DNA of 64,000 nt from Raillietiella orientalis (lineage: Eukaryota), in the NCBI GenBank assembly GCA_036172245.1, contig JAYWIR010000019.1, positions 1,798,001-1,862,000 of the forward strand, given 5' to 3'. Numbering within the stretch: position 1 is the stretch's first letter; each line of letters begins with the position of its first letter. The position numbers and the translations under genes were made by a program. The notes beneath the pieces were generated by a model that made no database searches, was not told the origin of the DNA, and worked only from the letters and a program-made list of their open reading frames with translations. Positions 48,901 through 61,200 of the stretch are shown one piece after another.

Positions 48901-51499
48901 GACACCGACAAATCCTCCCCTTGCTTGACTTCGCGTGGTAAACACCGAGAAGGATGATCTCGGTGAATTCACACTAATGCATATTACCTTTCTCTTTCCA
49001 GAATTTTGTACCTTTCATCTTTTGTTTGGTTCTAAGAAAAAACAACATCATCTTCACTTTGCAAATTCAGAGCGAACGCTTGTTGTCCGAGCATTCGATC
49101 TTGTTATAAGAGAAAGAGAGAGGGAAAGAAAAAAAAATCTAATTTCAGGAGAAATGCTTTCTAGAGCTGTCCCACAGATATTATTCTTTTTTCGAAACCA
49201 CTGGAAAAGCAACGCCACATTTTGAATTTAGCATTTTGCGTTTAAGGGATTCCAAAAGAATAGAGGAGCTGCTTTTAAACTCCTGGTGTGCGCATATACG
49301 CTCTCAACTTCTATTTTTTTTTTGAAAAAAAAAAAAAAATCGCAGATTTCTTTCCGATCTCTCGGAAATTTCTCGCTACAAAGCATCAAAGACATCAGAT
49401 TCTAATTTTCACTAGCTTTTTAAAAGTCAAGAGAAAGAATCGAAGATTAGTGTACTTTTGCGGCCTCAAAAATATGATAAATGCAGTCATCCGAATTCTG
49501 CTGTTCGTAATGTCGCCTAAAGCGTGCAGTAATTTTGTCAACTTAACATTCTCGGCTTACCAGTCATAATTTAACCGAAGTTTTCCGATTTTCCATAGCA
49601 CAAAAACAGTAATCACTTCGGTTACGAAGTGTGGACTAGAATGCGTTCCGGGAAATCACAAGACATAAGTACGATTTCATTACTACATTCAGCACTCAGG
49701 GGAGGCTGTAACAGATGCAAAAGAAAAAAAAAAAAAGGAAGGAAAAAAGGAAAACGCATGCATGAAATTTCTTGGTCTGTCCCTGCAAAAAGAAAAAATA
49801 TCGTCCTCTCCAACGATAGGATCTGAAATACTTCTATAAGATCTGCGTTTTCGCGGAAAGACCGCCATTTCTATACGACCGAAACAAAAAATATGGTAAT
49901 ACTTAAACAATGATGCGCTCGAGAAAATGGCCGCGATTGTGCAAAGGATTTGTAAAGCATTCCTAATTGTGTACAGATCATCAAATCTCAGGGCATACAG
50001 CAAGTGCTGGGGGAGGAGGGGGGGGGGGGAAGAAGAAGAAAAAAAAGGAAGAAAAAAAAAAAAAAAAACACGCACACGCACACGTTTGTTCTGAATGGAG
50101 TGCTCGAAAAAATTGTGACGACCTTAATGACTGATGTGACTAGGATAAGCGTGTGGCAACTTGCATATAAATCTATGTTTGTAGCGACAAATCTCCAGAA
50201 TCGAGTGACCTTTCCGAACGCACCCCCTGGACACAAGCTTTTTAAAGGTAAATTTTCGGAAACGATCGTGCTCATCCGGGGAAAGGAAAACACAAGAGTT
50301 AGATGTGTGTGTGTTTTTCTTTTTTCGTTTTGGAAGGGAGGAGGAGGAGGAGGAGGAGGAGGAGGGTGTGTGGGGGGGGAGGGGGCAGGTTTCAGAGCAC
50401 CGCAAGCGTGCAAAAAGGAACGGGAAGTCGGCGGCTCTTTCGTCTCACGCACGGATGCTGCGACTTCGCAGAAAATGTGCAGCATTTTTTCGACGACGGC
50501 AGGTGTACTTCCTCCTATTGGTCAGTCGCCGCCATGCCCTAAGAAATTGCGTAAGCTGATTTAAAAATATTCTCCCGTGGACATGCAAACTCTCCAGCCT
50601 TTTTCCCTCCTGCTCTGGGTGGAAGGCTCCGCCTCGTTATCTGCTCCTCAGGAATGGCAGAAGAGCATGCTGGGCTCTCGCGAAGAAGAGTATAAATGAT
50701 GCATGTGAATATGGCGGAGCGAGTTGTGTGCTCCGTCCTGGAAGTGTTTGTTATGTTCCATGCGTGGCCGCCGCGTGCCTCCGAATGGGCGTTTTAAAGA
50801 GACCGTTCCCGGCCCACGGTTCCTTAATTCATTCGAAATTCATTGTATTATCGATGGACGAGAGCGTTCTGCGTCGCAAAGACGACGTTCCTCGTTCTCC
50901 GTTCTCGTGAGATTACACATTCGTTTTTTCCTATAGCCATAGCAACTGAGCGTTCAGACTCTGCTCTGGGAAAGCGAGAGAGAGGGAGAGAGAGCCGTTT
51001 ATGCAGGCTTTACCTTCCACGGAGTGCTTCTTTCCCTCTCGGGAGCTCCGTTTCAAAATAGTCCGAAGAAATTCAACGTCGTTGACGTTATTTTTAAAGT
51101 GCTTCTTCTTAAAAGTTTATTTTTGTTTCCTTTTTTTTCCGCCGAATTTCTTTGTTGTCGCTGTTTCCCGCCCCCCTCCTCTTCCCTTGTCCACCCCACC
51201 CCCCCTTTCTCCCTCCAAAAAAAGAAGGATAAAATCGGCAGAAAAAGAAGAGAGAGAGAGAGAGAGAGAAAGAGAAAAGAAGAGAAATTCAAATGTGCGC
51301 GCGCGCGCGCGATTTCCTCAGCCCACCGCTCCCATCAGACGAACAGGAGAAACAAAGAGGCAGGAGGACGAGCTTCGGCTCTTGGGCCCCATTTGGGGAG
51401 GATCGAGACCATTCACACCCGCGTGATTTATTTTAAAAAATTGGCGCTCTTCGCCGGCATCGGTCCTCGCGCGATGCCCGCGACGGAGAGGGAGAGGAT

Positions 51500-53400
51500 C
51501 CCTCGATCCGGCGCGAGGGTGGTTCCGCATGGCCCCAGAATTAACTCCCGAGGACCGGTCTCTCTTCTTGCGCGGAGCGCGGCGCTCTTCTCCCGGCGGT
51601 TCGGGATTGGCGAGGAGGCGCCCGCACGGCCGTCGCCGTTCGCGCTGCGACCGCGACCAGCTCTCGTCGAATCCGCAGTTCCCACTCGCCCCATCTCTTC
51701 CCGCCCGCGATCACGCCTGGTCGGGCCCCGGGGGGAAAACCCCGGTCATCACGCGCGCGCGTCCTCCGGACCGCGGGAGAGACGGAGCAGCGGTCTCTCG
51801 GTCTCCGAGGCAACCTTCCCCGCAGCGAACGAGCGCGGCTTCCCTGCTTCCGCCAGTGCTTCTGGTGTGGCCGCGGGCGCCGCGAGCCGGACGAAAGGAA
51901 GGAAAGGGGGGGAGGGACGCAAATGGCCCTGCAGACCCGCTGGGGCGGATGCGAGGGGCGACGGGGCGTCTCGGAGGTGCGTCCCCACTTCGGCGGCGGA
52001 GAGAGAAAGGGAGGGAGTAGGGGGGGGGGGGGTGACGACGACACACGTACCGGCCCTTTCCTCCCTCTACTTCCACTCGAGGGAGGCCCGTTTTCTGGAG
52101 CCGACCGGACGCCGGGAAGCGAACCTCTTTGCGCGCTCCATGACGACCGCCACGCAGGCAGTCAAGCACGGATCAGGTCCGCCGCGATGGCGCGCGCTGC
52201 CCTCAGGTGGGCGGGCGCTGCTCCGCTCCCGACCAGAGAAGCGTCTGTTCTCTGGGGGTGGGGCGACCCCTCCTCGCCCTCGTCCTCCCCTCCCTCGGAA
52301 GGTGGGCTCCCGTCGGGTGGCGCGGCCTGTTCCGGGCAGGCGGGAGCTCGGAAACGTCGGCCTTCGTCCCGTTCGTGCTCGAGGCGACCGGTGCGTGCGC
52401 TGCTACTACCGCCCCTCAGGGAGAGCAGCGAGCCCGCGTGACCCCGGCGTGGCCACGAGCGATCGGCTGTTCGCGCGCGGGAGTTGTCCTCTCGTTCCTC
52501 GACCGCTCCCTCCCCGTCCCTGAGGACCTCTGTGTGTTCGATGGGGAGAGGCCTCGGCACCCGGGAAAGGGAAGAAGGGACCTGCCTCCTTCAGGGTGGG
52601 GTGGGGAGAGCAGTCACCCCATCCCAAACTCGTCCCAGGAAGAAGCGCAGTGAAGATCCTCCCGGCCGCCAGCGGGAAAGCGAAGTCGCTGGTCTCCTTG
52701 GAGACGAAGGGATGGAGAGAATGCCGGGCAGGAAGGGGGCCGGCTGCGGCGCTTCCCTGAAAGACGAGGAGGGTCATCAGCCTGAGAGGGGGGGAAATCG
52801 AATGCTGCTCTTTCCCATTCTCTGGCGCGCGCCCACAGTGGCCCCTCTCCGCTGCTTGTGGCGCCACCCCAAAGCGTTTGCGGTGGCGCGAGGCCAGAGA
52901 AGACAGATGTGTGTGTGGGAGGGGACAGATGGGGTCCGACCCTCTTTCTCCCCCTCCTCTCCCTTGCTTCTCTGCCAGAGCCGCGCAGGGCAGCCGCATC
53001 TCGGGCAGACCGGCACCGTTGCAGAGGGCGCACGCGCACGGACGGTCCCTCCCGCCTACGGGGCTTCCCGCAGGGACGAGGGGGAGTGCTGGCGGCGGAC
53101 GCGCTCAAGGTCGCTCCCGGGGCAGATAAGCGCCTGGCTTCTCAGCACCGAGGCCGCTGAGACTTCCCAACGGGGAGGGGGGAAGGGGGGGGGGAAGTCA
53201 CTCGGATCTCGTCGCCACGTGCGTGCCCGTCCCTGCCACCTCTCCGGGATTGCCGCGCCGCCACCGCCCTCGGGGAGCGACTGGATGGCGCCAACTCCGG
53301 AAGCGAGTGTGACTTGGAGCCACCGCGGAGTTCCACTCGGAGGGTGCCCTTGCCGGACCAACGTCGTCTCGGACCACATCCTCCCGCAGACAGGAGAGGT
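51500..53400 (-). mobile_element. BEL/Pao gag-protease relic
   Basis: PPSGTPRW, GAEKPGAYL, LDCLRGGRHGARK (zinc-knuckle remnant) and AALVRCG in order. Confidence 0.35.
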
Positions 53401-54316
53401 GGTGGGATGTGGGGCAAAGGGGAACTCCCTACCGCCCCGCCGCAGCGCGTGCTGGGCCCTCCCGGCAGATGTTGGTTGTTTTTTCCCCGCTCGGCCCTGC
53501 GCGTCTCCTTCAAGGTCATCCGATCATGCGTGCGCGCGCGCGCGGGCGAGCGAGCGCCGTGACGGACGGCGTGGCTTCTGAGACTCGCGGGGCGAGTCGC
53601 ACTGTCACGTGGTCCTCTCCCCTCCCTCGCTCCCTCGCGCGCTCCCTCCCTCCCTCTCTCCTTCCTCCGCGTCGCCGCCGCTTCCCCATTGTGTTGTTTG
53701 TTTTCTTCTCCTTCCTTCCTCGACGGCCCTTCTGGGCCTTCCGAAGCGCTGCGAGCCAAGAGTGCGGTGGCGCGGACCAGTCCAAAGGTGGTGGTGGTGG
53801 TGGTCGATCAGCCTGACGTAGGGGGAGGTGCTCCTCTTCCCTTTCGTCTTCAGGACTCCTCCTCCACGCTAGCGGCCGCTCGCTCGCCCTCGCGCGCGCC
53901 CGAGCGAGCGCGAGAAAGAGAGAGAGAGGGAGAGGTTGTGTGCGTGGCCGTGTCGGCAGCACGGCGCAACCCGCTCGCTCATCGCGGCTCTCGCTCCGCA
54001 CGCGGGCGCACGGGCGCGCGCGCGCGCGCGCCGGAGAGAGCGCCCCCAGTGTTCGCGCTGAGCGTGTCCGCGGGCGGACGCTCCTCGCGTGCTGCCGCTG
54101 CCGCCGCCGCCGCTGAGGCAGTCGTCCGCTTGCTGCGCGCGCGCCCGGCCCGTGCCCCTCGCTCGCCTCAACAGCTCCCGCCCCGCCCCCCGCCACTTCC
54201 CCCCCCCCGTCCCGCAGCGCGGCTCGGGCACCAGGGGCGCCGCGCGCGTGCGCGCGTGCTCCCCTCCGGGGCTCCGGACCGTTTCCGAGGCAACCCGCGG
54301 GACCGCGGCTCCGTAA

Positions 54317-55955
54317 ATGGTGGTTTGTGGCGACGGCGGAGAGCCCGCGCCCCTGGACTGCTCTCTGCGCGCCATGAAAAAGCTGGAGAAGTTCAAGGTG
54401 CGGCTCCCGGCGGCGGGTTCGGACCCCCCGCGGGATGCCGGGAGCGGGCAGGAGGACGCCCAGGAGAAGCGGGGCACGACGACAGGGGAGCAGGTCAACG
54501 GTAAGAAACGCCTCCTCTCGCGCCCTTCAGGCGAAGCGCAACCATCCCCCCATCCCCGATGGGGCAGACGGGGTGGGAAGGACAAGCAAGGGGAGGAAGA
54601 GGAGATTCCTGGTGCGTGTCATCCCTCTTCTTTCCCCCTGCAGGCGGCGGGGGAGGAGGAGGCGAGAGGCGTGTCCTGCGCCCCTGTCGCTCCAGGAAAC
54701 ACGTCGCCCCTGGTAGGCGCGGTGCAGTTCTCCCCCCAGTCAGTCGCTCCCGGCGAGGAGAGGGAGGAGGGGGAGGAAACCCATTTCTCTGAAATGCCTC
54801 CCGGCCGTTTGGGGTGAGCCGGAATGCGAGGGGCGCCGAGGTATGCGGGGTTGCCGCCGCCGCGTCAACAAAGCGACGGGGCTCCGGCGCGTGGGACGGG
54901 GAGGCGCCCGTAGTAAGCCACCCCCCCCCCCTCTCCCCTTTTGCGGACCCCTTGAGCCCCAGAGCTCCGCTTGCCCTCTGGGGAGCGCGGATCCGCATCC
55001 TTCCTCACTCTTCTTCCGCGTATCCCCTACCCCGCCCTGGGGGCTCGCGTGCAGTGGTTGACCCTGCCAGGTACGGGCCTCCTGGGTCCCGGCCGGGTCG
55101 CACCGGACTGCCGGGAGCGGTGGACGCGACTTCCAGACGCGTCCGCCGCTCCCCGCAAACGTCGTTCCCTGAGCTCTCCCCTCGCTCCTTGCCCTTCTCC
55201 GCCCTAGGGCGCGCGTGGCACGTGTCCCTTCTGCGGACGGTTCGCCCCCGCGTTCTCTGGCGTTGCCGGCGCGCATGCTGTCTCCCGTCCCGCACGCACG
55301 CGAGGAAGAGATCCTTGCGAATCGATGGCGGCACCGACGGAAGGCAAAAAAGGGAAGGGGGGGAGAGAAAAAAGCGAGGGAGAGGAGGAGGAGAGAAAAC
55401 TTCCTGGAATCCAGGAGCGGGGCGCCGGCCAATCAAACGTTGACGTCTCGAATCTGGGCAGGGATGTTTACATGACACAAGCGAAGGCGTCGGGAGCCGC
55501 CGTCCCGCTCCCGGAGGACTCTGGCGGGAGTGCCGTTCGCGGCGAGGAAGCGCGTGCGGCAGTGGCGGTAGTTGCCTTCCCGTTCCCGGCCCCGAGCGAC
55601 ACGCCGGGACGGCCGTGACGCCCCGCAATGCTTCCCTTCTCTTCCTGTAAGTCGCCTGCTCCCCCCTCCCGCTGCCGGAGAGCCATAGGTTTTCCGTGCT
55701 TCTCTCTCCTCTCCTTCCCCGCGCCCCCGGGACGCGGGACCGTCGGATGAGAGAGGCGGGGATGGGACGAGGAGGAGGGTGCACCCGCAAAAAACTGCTG
55801 CCCCCATCCCTCCCACGTCTTCCCCTTTCTCCCTCCTTCCCTAATCATCCCCCCTTCTCTTCCAGGCAAGTCGCTCCCGAACTTCGCCGCAGCCATCCCT
55901 CCGGGCTATACTCTGGCGTCAGTGCTCGGTCGTGAAGTGTCCTTCGATCCCAAAG
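54317..55955 (+). CDS. Candidate first two coding exons (54317-54500, 55866-55955) of an unidentified gene, probably continuing beyond this point
   Basis: ATG-initiated 184-nt exon ending G|gtaag, then ccccttctcttccag|90 nt|AAG gtaag. Both junctions are phase 1 and join in frame: MVVCGDGGEPAPLDCSLRAMKKLEKFKVRLP...QVNGKSLPNFAAAIPPGYTLASVLGREVSFDPK. No family recognised; could be Pao-derived. Confidence 0.35.
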
Positions 55956-56450
55956 GTAAGCACAGGAGGGAGGGGGGGGGGGCAAAATGCTATTGGGCTG
56001 GGCAGGGTGGACGGGGTAGTCTTCCCTCTCTTGTTGCCCAGAGATCGGTCAGCTCCTCGGAGACTGGATGCAAGCAGCTTCCCTCTTCCTGCCTCATCCT
56101 CCCCCCCCCCTTCCAGTGCATTCCTCCTCCCCGAAGAAGTTCGGAGCTTCCGGGTTCCCAAGACCCGATGCTTCCTTTTTCCCTTCCCCCCACGCCCTTC
56201 TCCGCGACTCCTGACTCTCTCTCACGTCCGTCTGCGACCTTGGGCTGGCTCCCACGCTGCGAGGGCGACCTTGCGCCCGCGTGCCTCTCGGACCGCTCGC
56301 TGCCACTGCCGTGACTTCTGCTTTCTGTTTTTTTTTGACTTCTTCACGGTTCCTGAAGTGGTCCTCGGAGGGGCTCTCCCCAATGCTATTTCCTTACCCT
56401 TTCTTCCGCCCTCATGTGCTCTGTGAGCAGTCGTCCGCGTGCGCTCCATG
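54900..56450 (+). mobile_element. BEL/Pao RT-end, RNase H, integrase-N relic
   Basis: SPFADPLSPRAP (~S.FDPLG..AP), RVPSADGS, ESRSGAPANQTLTSRI (~KSRVAP.K.LTIPRL), PEDS and TLGWLPRCEGDLAPA (~GLLRC.GRL..A). Confidence 0.5.
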
Positions 56451-56559
56451 GAAGGAATGGACAGAAGGCTTTGCCTGCCTCTTTCTTCCCAGAAGCCACT
56501 GGCAGTACAGCGATCTGTTTCCTCTTCCCTTCACCTCCCAGCCCTTCACCTTTTCGACT

Positions 56560-57620
56560 CATTCCCACTTCTTTTGTCCATCCTGAGGGGAGGGGATGTC
56601 GAAGAGGAAAACTGCCTGGTAAACTCCAGAATCGTCGTGCCGTTCGCCGCAGCCAGCGGCGTTGTTGTTCGCCTCCCTCCCTCATTCCTCAGATGACCTC
56701 GCATCAGGGATGCTTTTTTTCCCGGATCCCAGAAACATTTTTCGTTCCTTGCCCTTGGAGACCCCATAACCATATACGCGTCCCTGTCCGCAATCTTTCT
56801 GGCTGAGGCAACTGTCCACCTTCTTCCAGAGACTTTCTTCGTCACGTGGCGTAAAAGGGGTGGGAAGGGAGCGAAAGATGCCTGGAATGAACTTTACCGC
56901 AGAAAAAAAAAAAGTTCGGCGCCATATTGGTGCACGTCCTGTTATTCCCTGCCGCAACTGTGTTTAGAGTGGTCCTACTCCACCGCCAACAGCCAGCTGC
57001 GTTCGGCCGGCGAAGACTCGTCTTTGGAAGAGCTGCTTTTCCCTCGAACCTTTTCCCATGGCACCTCCTCGCTTCTACAGAGGTAGCAAAAAAGGAATCA
57101 TTCCTGCGTCGCGCAGATTCGCATCCTTTTCTTCGCTTTTTTTTCCCCTCATTTCGAGCGAGCCTTCTTCCTGTGGAGTCCTTGTTTTCGAAGGATCCGC
57201 GGGTCTCGCTTATCTCCTGCGAAGGTCAGGAAGACTTTCGGCGTCAGAAGCGTTCCCGGCGTGTTCTGCTCTAATCATTCCCCCCCCCCCCCATGCTGTC
57301 CTTCCAGGGGTCTTCGGAGCTCTCGTGAGAGAGAATTTCTCTGCTTGGACTCTGGGGGAGGGAAGAAAGGAGGGATGGAGTAGGAGATGGATGGAAGAAA
57401 AACAAAAAAAAACAAAAACAAAGAGGAAGCTTTCGCCGATCTCGGTTGGAGAGGGGATTCTAAGCGAAATTGTGGTGCTACCACCTTCTGGGAGGTGGCA
57501 AAAACCTAGCCACCTACCCTGCCTGAGAGTGTACACAAGAATGTTTGGAGGGACGCCTGGGAGTGACCAGTTCAGAGCAGGAAAGCCGCTGGGAGGGTGG
57601 AAGGGGATCTTGACTGGGAC
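56560..57620 (+). mobile_element. BEL/Pao integrase relic including DUF5641-like C-terminus
   Basis: FVHPEG...LPGKLQN, HQG...FFVP, HVLLFPAATVFRVVLLH (~Y.LLF.C...RAVHLE) and ISVGEGILSEIVVLPPSGRW...PGSD (~VGD.VL.....LPP..W...PG.D). Confidence 0.5.
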
Positions 57621-57749
57621 CACGGTGCGAGTGCTGTCGCACCTTGTCCTTGTTGTCCTCCCTTTCCCTTTCCCCTCTTGGAAGCGGAGGAACCATAAGA
57701 GTGCGGCTACCACACCTTGGCAAGAAAGGCACTAGAACGAGCCGCCACC

Positions 57750-58300
57750 TCTTTCGTTTGAAGCTCCTGGCAAAAGCAGGGTTCTAGGGTTTGCCGCAGC
57801 CGCCGAGCGGGGATGGCTGCGTGTAGCGAACTAACTCGAAGCGCGTGATGATGGCGAGCAGCTGAGAGGCCAGGTCTCCCTGGAAACTTGGTTCCACTTC
57901 CTTCTCCTCCCTATGGAAACCTCTTCTCCCCACCTTCAGCTACGTTCTTTCGAGTCACAAGGCATGATGGGGGAGGATTCCAGAGCTGCGGTCGGTGTTT
58001 AGACGCTCCTCCCGGGAGTGCCTAACGGACGTCTCCTCCGGGGAAAACTTCCGTCGTCGCCGTCTTCCAAGGACCGCGGGCGCGCGCGCTCACGAGGCAG
58101 CGAGTGGCAGCACCAGCAATGGCCACTCGAGCTCGCGCACGTGGCTCTCCGCCGCAAGTGCTTCTGATTATGCCATGCGCTCCTCCAAAGCGTCTCCGCG
58201 AGTCCTACGCTGGACGCGCACGTGTGCGCACGCGTCGTAGAGGTGTCGGTAGGTCGGCCCTAAGCACCCCGTCAGCAACTCTTCAACAACAACACTCCGT
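57750..58300 (+). mobile_element. BEL/Pao integrase core fragment
   Basis: TWFHFLL...PHLQL, FRRSSRECLTDVSSGENF (~F..RRG.P..I.SDNG.NF) and RTWLSAASA. Confidence 0.4.
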
Positions 58301-58849
58301 ACAAGCGCGACGTTCCTCGGAGCAGCAGCGTGTCCCCACCCCCACCTCGTGCGCACGCGAGTTGGCACTTCCGCTCGGCGCGTTTTTTTTTTTTTTTTTG
58401 TTTACGCATTCCGGAGAAAGAAACGCTTCGGACACTTGGCGGGAGAAGGGGAGAGGGAGGAGGAGAAGGAAGCGCACGTGCGCGGGAGTTTCGCAGCCTA
58501 CGTAGGCGAAGACGTTCGTTCGGGCAATGCAAATGACTGGTGTGCTTCACTTCCTCAGTTTCTTTTTATGTATGTGCATGTATATGTATTCCTGAGACCA
58601 GTGACACACCAATTGCTTCACCTCACATAGTATCGCGTGGGCTTTGTGACGTTTCCACCCACAGCCAGGGTGCCGAACGACGCGGGATCAAGCGTCAGGG
58701 AAAACGTGCAAAATGACGCATGCGTGGCTGCTTCGCCCGGGAATTTGGATTCGGCCACCGTCGCGGTAGCCTTTGATGTCCGGTAGTATTGCGGGGTAAA
58801 GCACGCGTGCAGGGCTGCCCACTGATGCCGGTCCATCCCGCAGCTGGTG

Positions 58850-59150
58850 CCTGAGGTAGCTCAACAATCGTGTGGATCCTCGACAAGGGACAGCGCAGGT
58901 GGAGGGTGGGGATGCAGGGAGGGTAGAGGAAGGCTACTCTCCCCCTTTCCACCCGTCTTCGCGCTTATTTTACAGGCCGCTGTCGGGACATGAATGCGTT
59001 TCATCCCTCCCCGGAACGAGCGGCGGCTGCGGCTGCAGCGCGCGCGTCCTGGAGACGACGCGCGACCCGGCGCGCGCCGGCATCCCGGCAAAAGGGTTAA
59101 CTAGCTCGAGCATATGCTCCCGTCCGCACGGCTTCCGCGGGATCGCGCTC
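58850..59150 (+). mobile_element. BEL/Pao integrase N-terminal fragment
   Basis: WILDKGQRRWRVG and PPFHPSSRLFYR...GH. Confidence 0.3.
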
Positions 59151-59699
59151 TCCCGAAAGGGTTCGTCTCCCTCTCCCCAATCACCGACTCCTTTATGATT
59201 TTTAATGTCCTCGCTCCTGCGATTTCGCGCCGTCTGACATCCCCGTGCGGGGATCCCTCCCAGGCGAGTGGCTGCGTGCTCGGGAATGCGCCAGAGGAGA
59301 GGAGGAGTCCCGGACCCAATTGAAATTCAAATATTTCACAAATCCAAATGACGGTTTGTCTTCCAGGAACTCCGGCCGTCCGCGACGCATGCGTGGCTCT
59401 CAAAGGGTTGTGGCGGACAGCCTATTGAAATGGAAAACGGGAAGCGCGCGGTCCCGCTGTCGGCGCGGCTGCTGCCAATCAGGAGAGCCTGCGGCTGCTG
59501 CTCGGAAGCGGGGCACGGATCTCCCCGCCGACTTCCGAATGAAAAAGGGGGAAAAGGGGGTTGGAAGGAGGGGGGGGGCAGGTCCTGCATTCTTCACCCT
59601 TTGAAAACCGGAATGCTAATTACGCGCGCGTTTTGCATGATCCCGGGAGCGTGCGTTCTTTGAGAGGCGGACCCACCTTTTGTGAGGCGAGCGAGCGGA

Positions 59700-60150
59700 C
59701 GTGCAGCTTTCCCGTCTGCGCACAATAGGGAGCACCGCCATCCGCCGTTTCAAAGAGCGAACGTTGCGCATGAAAGGAACGCCGAGAGAAGCGGAAAAAC
59801 AAGAGAAAGAGATCGGGAGAGAGAGCGAAAGCAAGGGGGGGGGGGCGACTGTGGCACCGACGCCGGTTGGTGGTTGGAGGTGGCGGCAGCAGCAGCAGCT
59901 CCACTCCTTTTCTCTCCTCCCCTTGACTGGGGACGGAACCGATCCTCCAGCCTTGCGTGTCATGTTCTGCATACCCCTCTGCCACCAAGAACTGGTATGT
60001 GTCGGAGGGGTTCGTCAGCTTTTTGTGGGCGATGTTTCTCAGATCCCTGGGAGACCGTGAGATTGGTCGATCTCGCCTCTGGCGACTCGTCCCATCTGAT
60101 GAAGTGTCCCCGTAGCGAACGTCCCCTTCCAGTCTGCTTTTGCGGGCAGC
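59700..60150 (-). mobile_element. BEL/Pao RT N-terminal fragment
   Basis: DLRNIAHKKL, TYQFLVAEGYAE and LSPDLFLLFFRFSRR (~L.PDL..ILLRFR) in one frame. Confidence 0.45.
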
Positions 60151-60649
60151 TGTAGCAACAGCGAACGGAACTGTAAGACCAGGGAGATGCACGTCTCGTG
60201 AATTCAAACCCCCTTTCTTCGGTTTAGGGCCTGCAGAGGCGGCAGTCTCTTCTTCCAGTATCCGTCGTTTGGGGTTCGTACGAACTCGCGGAAGGTCCGG
60301 TTAGTGTAAGCGCGCGCACGCGCGGCCCGTTCCGGCGTTCGTTCCCCCTGTTCACAATATCCAGACGCCGCTCTCGAAGCGACCATCCCCTAGAGACGTT
60401 GCACGGACAAGGACGCGCAGCGCGCGCGAGCTGTGTGCATATGGGTGTGTGTGCGTGTGCGCTCATCTTTCTCCGAGAGGTGTTCTCACTCATGCGGGGG
60501 ACCTGACAGTGGCAGAGACTTCCACCTGCGTCACAGCGGCCGCAGAAGTCGCATCCAGGAGGCTTCGGTGCCTCCAGTTACGTTGCGGCGGCGCTTTCCT
60601 CTACTTTCCCGAGGAAGAGGGGCAGGAAGAAAGGGAAGAGAGTGAGCAA

Positions 60650-61200
60650 GTCGTGCCCTGTCCGTGCTCCTGGCGCTTGCGAAACGACCCCGTGTGACGG
60701 AGATCGCGGCTCCTCCGGGTGTGCTTGCAGAGTGTCGGTCAGCCTGGCCGCGAGCACCGTCGAGGAGGCAGGGATACCGGCAGCGATGATGACGAGAGGG
60801 GAAGAGGAGGAGCGGAAGCACACTGGGCAACGCAGTTGGCGGGCCAGGCGCGCTTCCTCGACTCCGCCAGAGTAAACAGCGGCTCACGAAGAGCGACTGG
60901 TTCTGACGGGTTCCCAAGCTCGCTGCTGCGGGCTCGGCGCGTACTGCCTGCGACGACGAGCCGTGCCTCGTTGCCGTGTGCGCGCCACCACCTCCAGAGG
61001 CAGTCGTTGCCATGCTTACGTGAACGGCAATTACGAACGCGGGATGGAGCGAGGCGAACGCGTGGCGGCCGCGCAGGAGCGCCTGCGTACGTGCTGCAGG
61101 TGAGTGAGTCCCGGGGAGGAGAATCTGGGGAATCTGGATCCGCGCGCGCGTCCCCGCCACCTCCACACGTCGTCCACGGACCCCTGTGACCCGGTCACGC
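60650..61200 (+). mobile_element. BEL/Pao pre-integrase fragment
   Basis: GAEAHWATQLAGQARF (~AE..W.R..Q...F), PSSLLRA and GAPAYVLQ. Confidence 0.35.

Noticed and set aside
54045..54082. Inr (ccagtg) plus DPE (ggacg) core promoter
   Set aside because: Imperfect Inr, and DPE spacing is off by one base from the strict Drosophila rule.
60731..61105. Possible exon ending CAG|gtgagt as a continuation of the 54-56 kb candidate gene
   Set aside because: The phase-1 join hits a stop, and the open frame resembles a Pao fragment.
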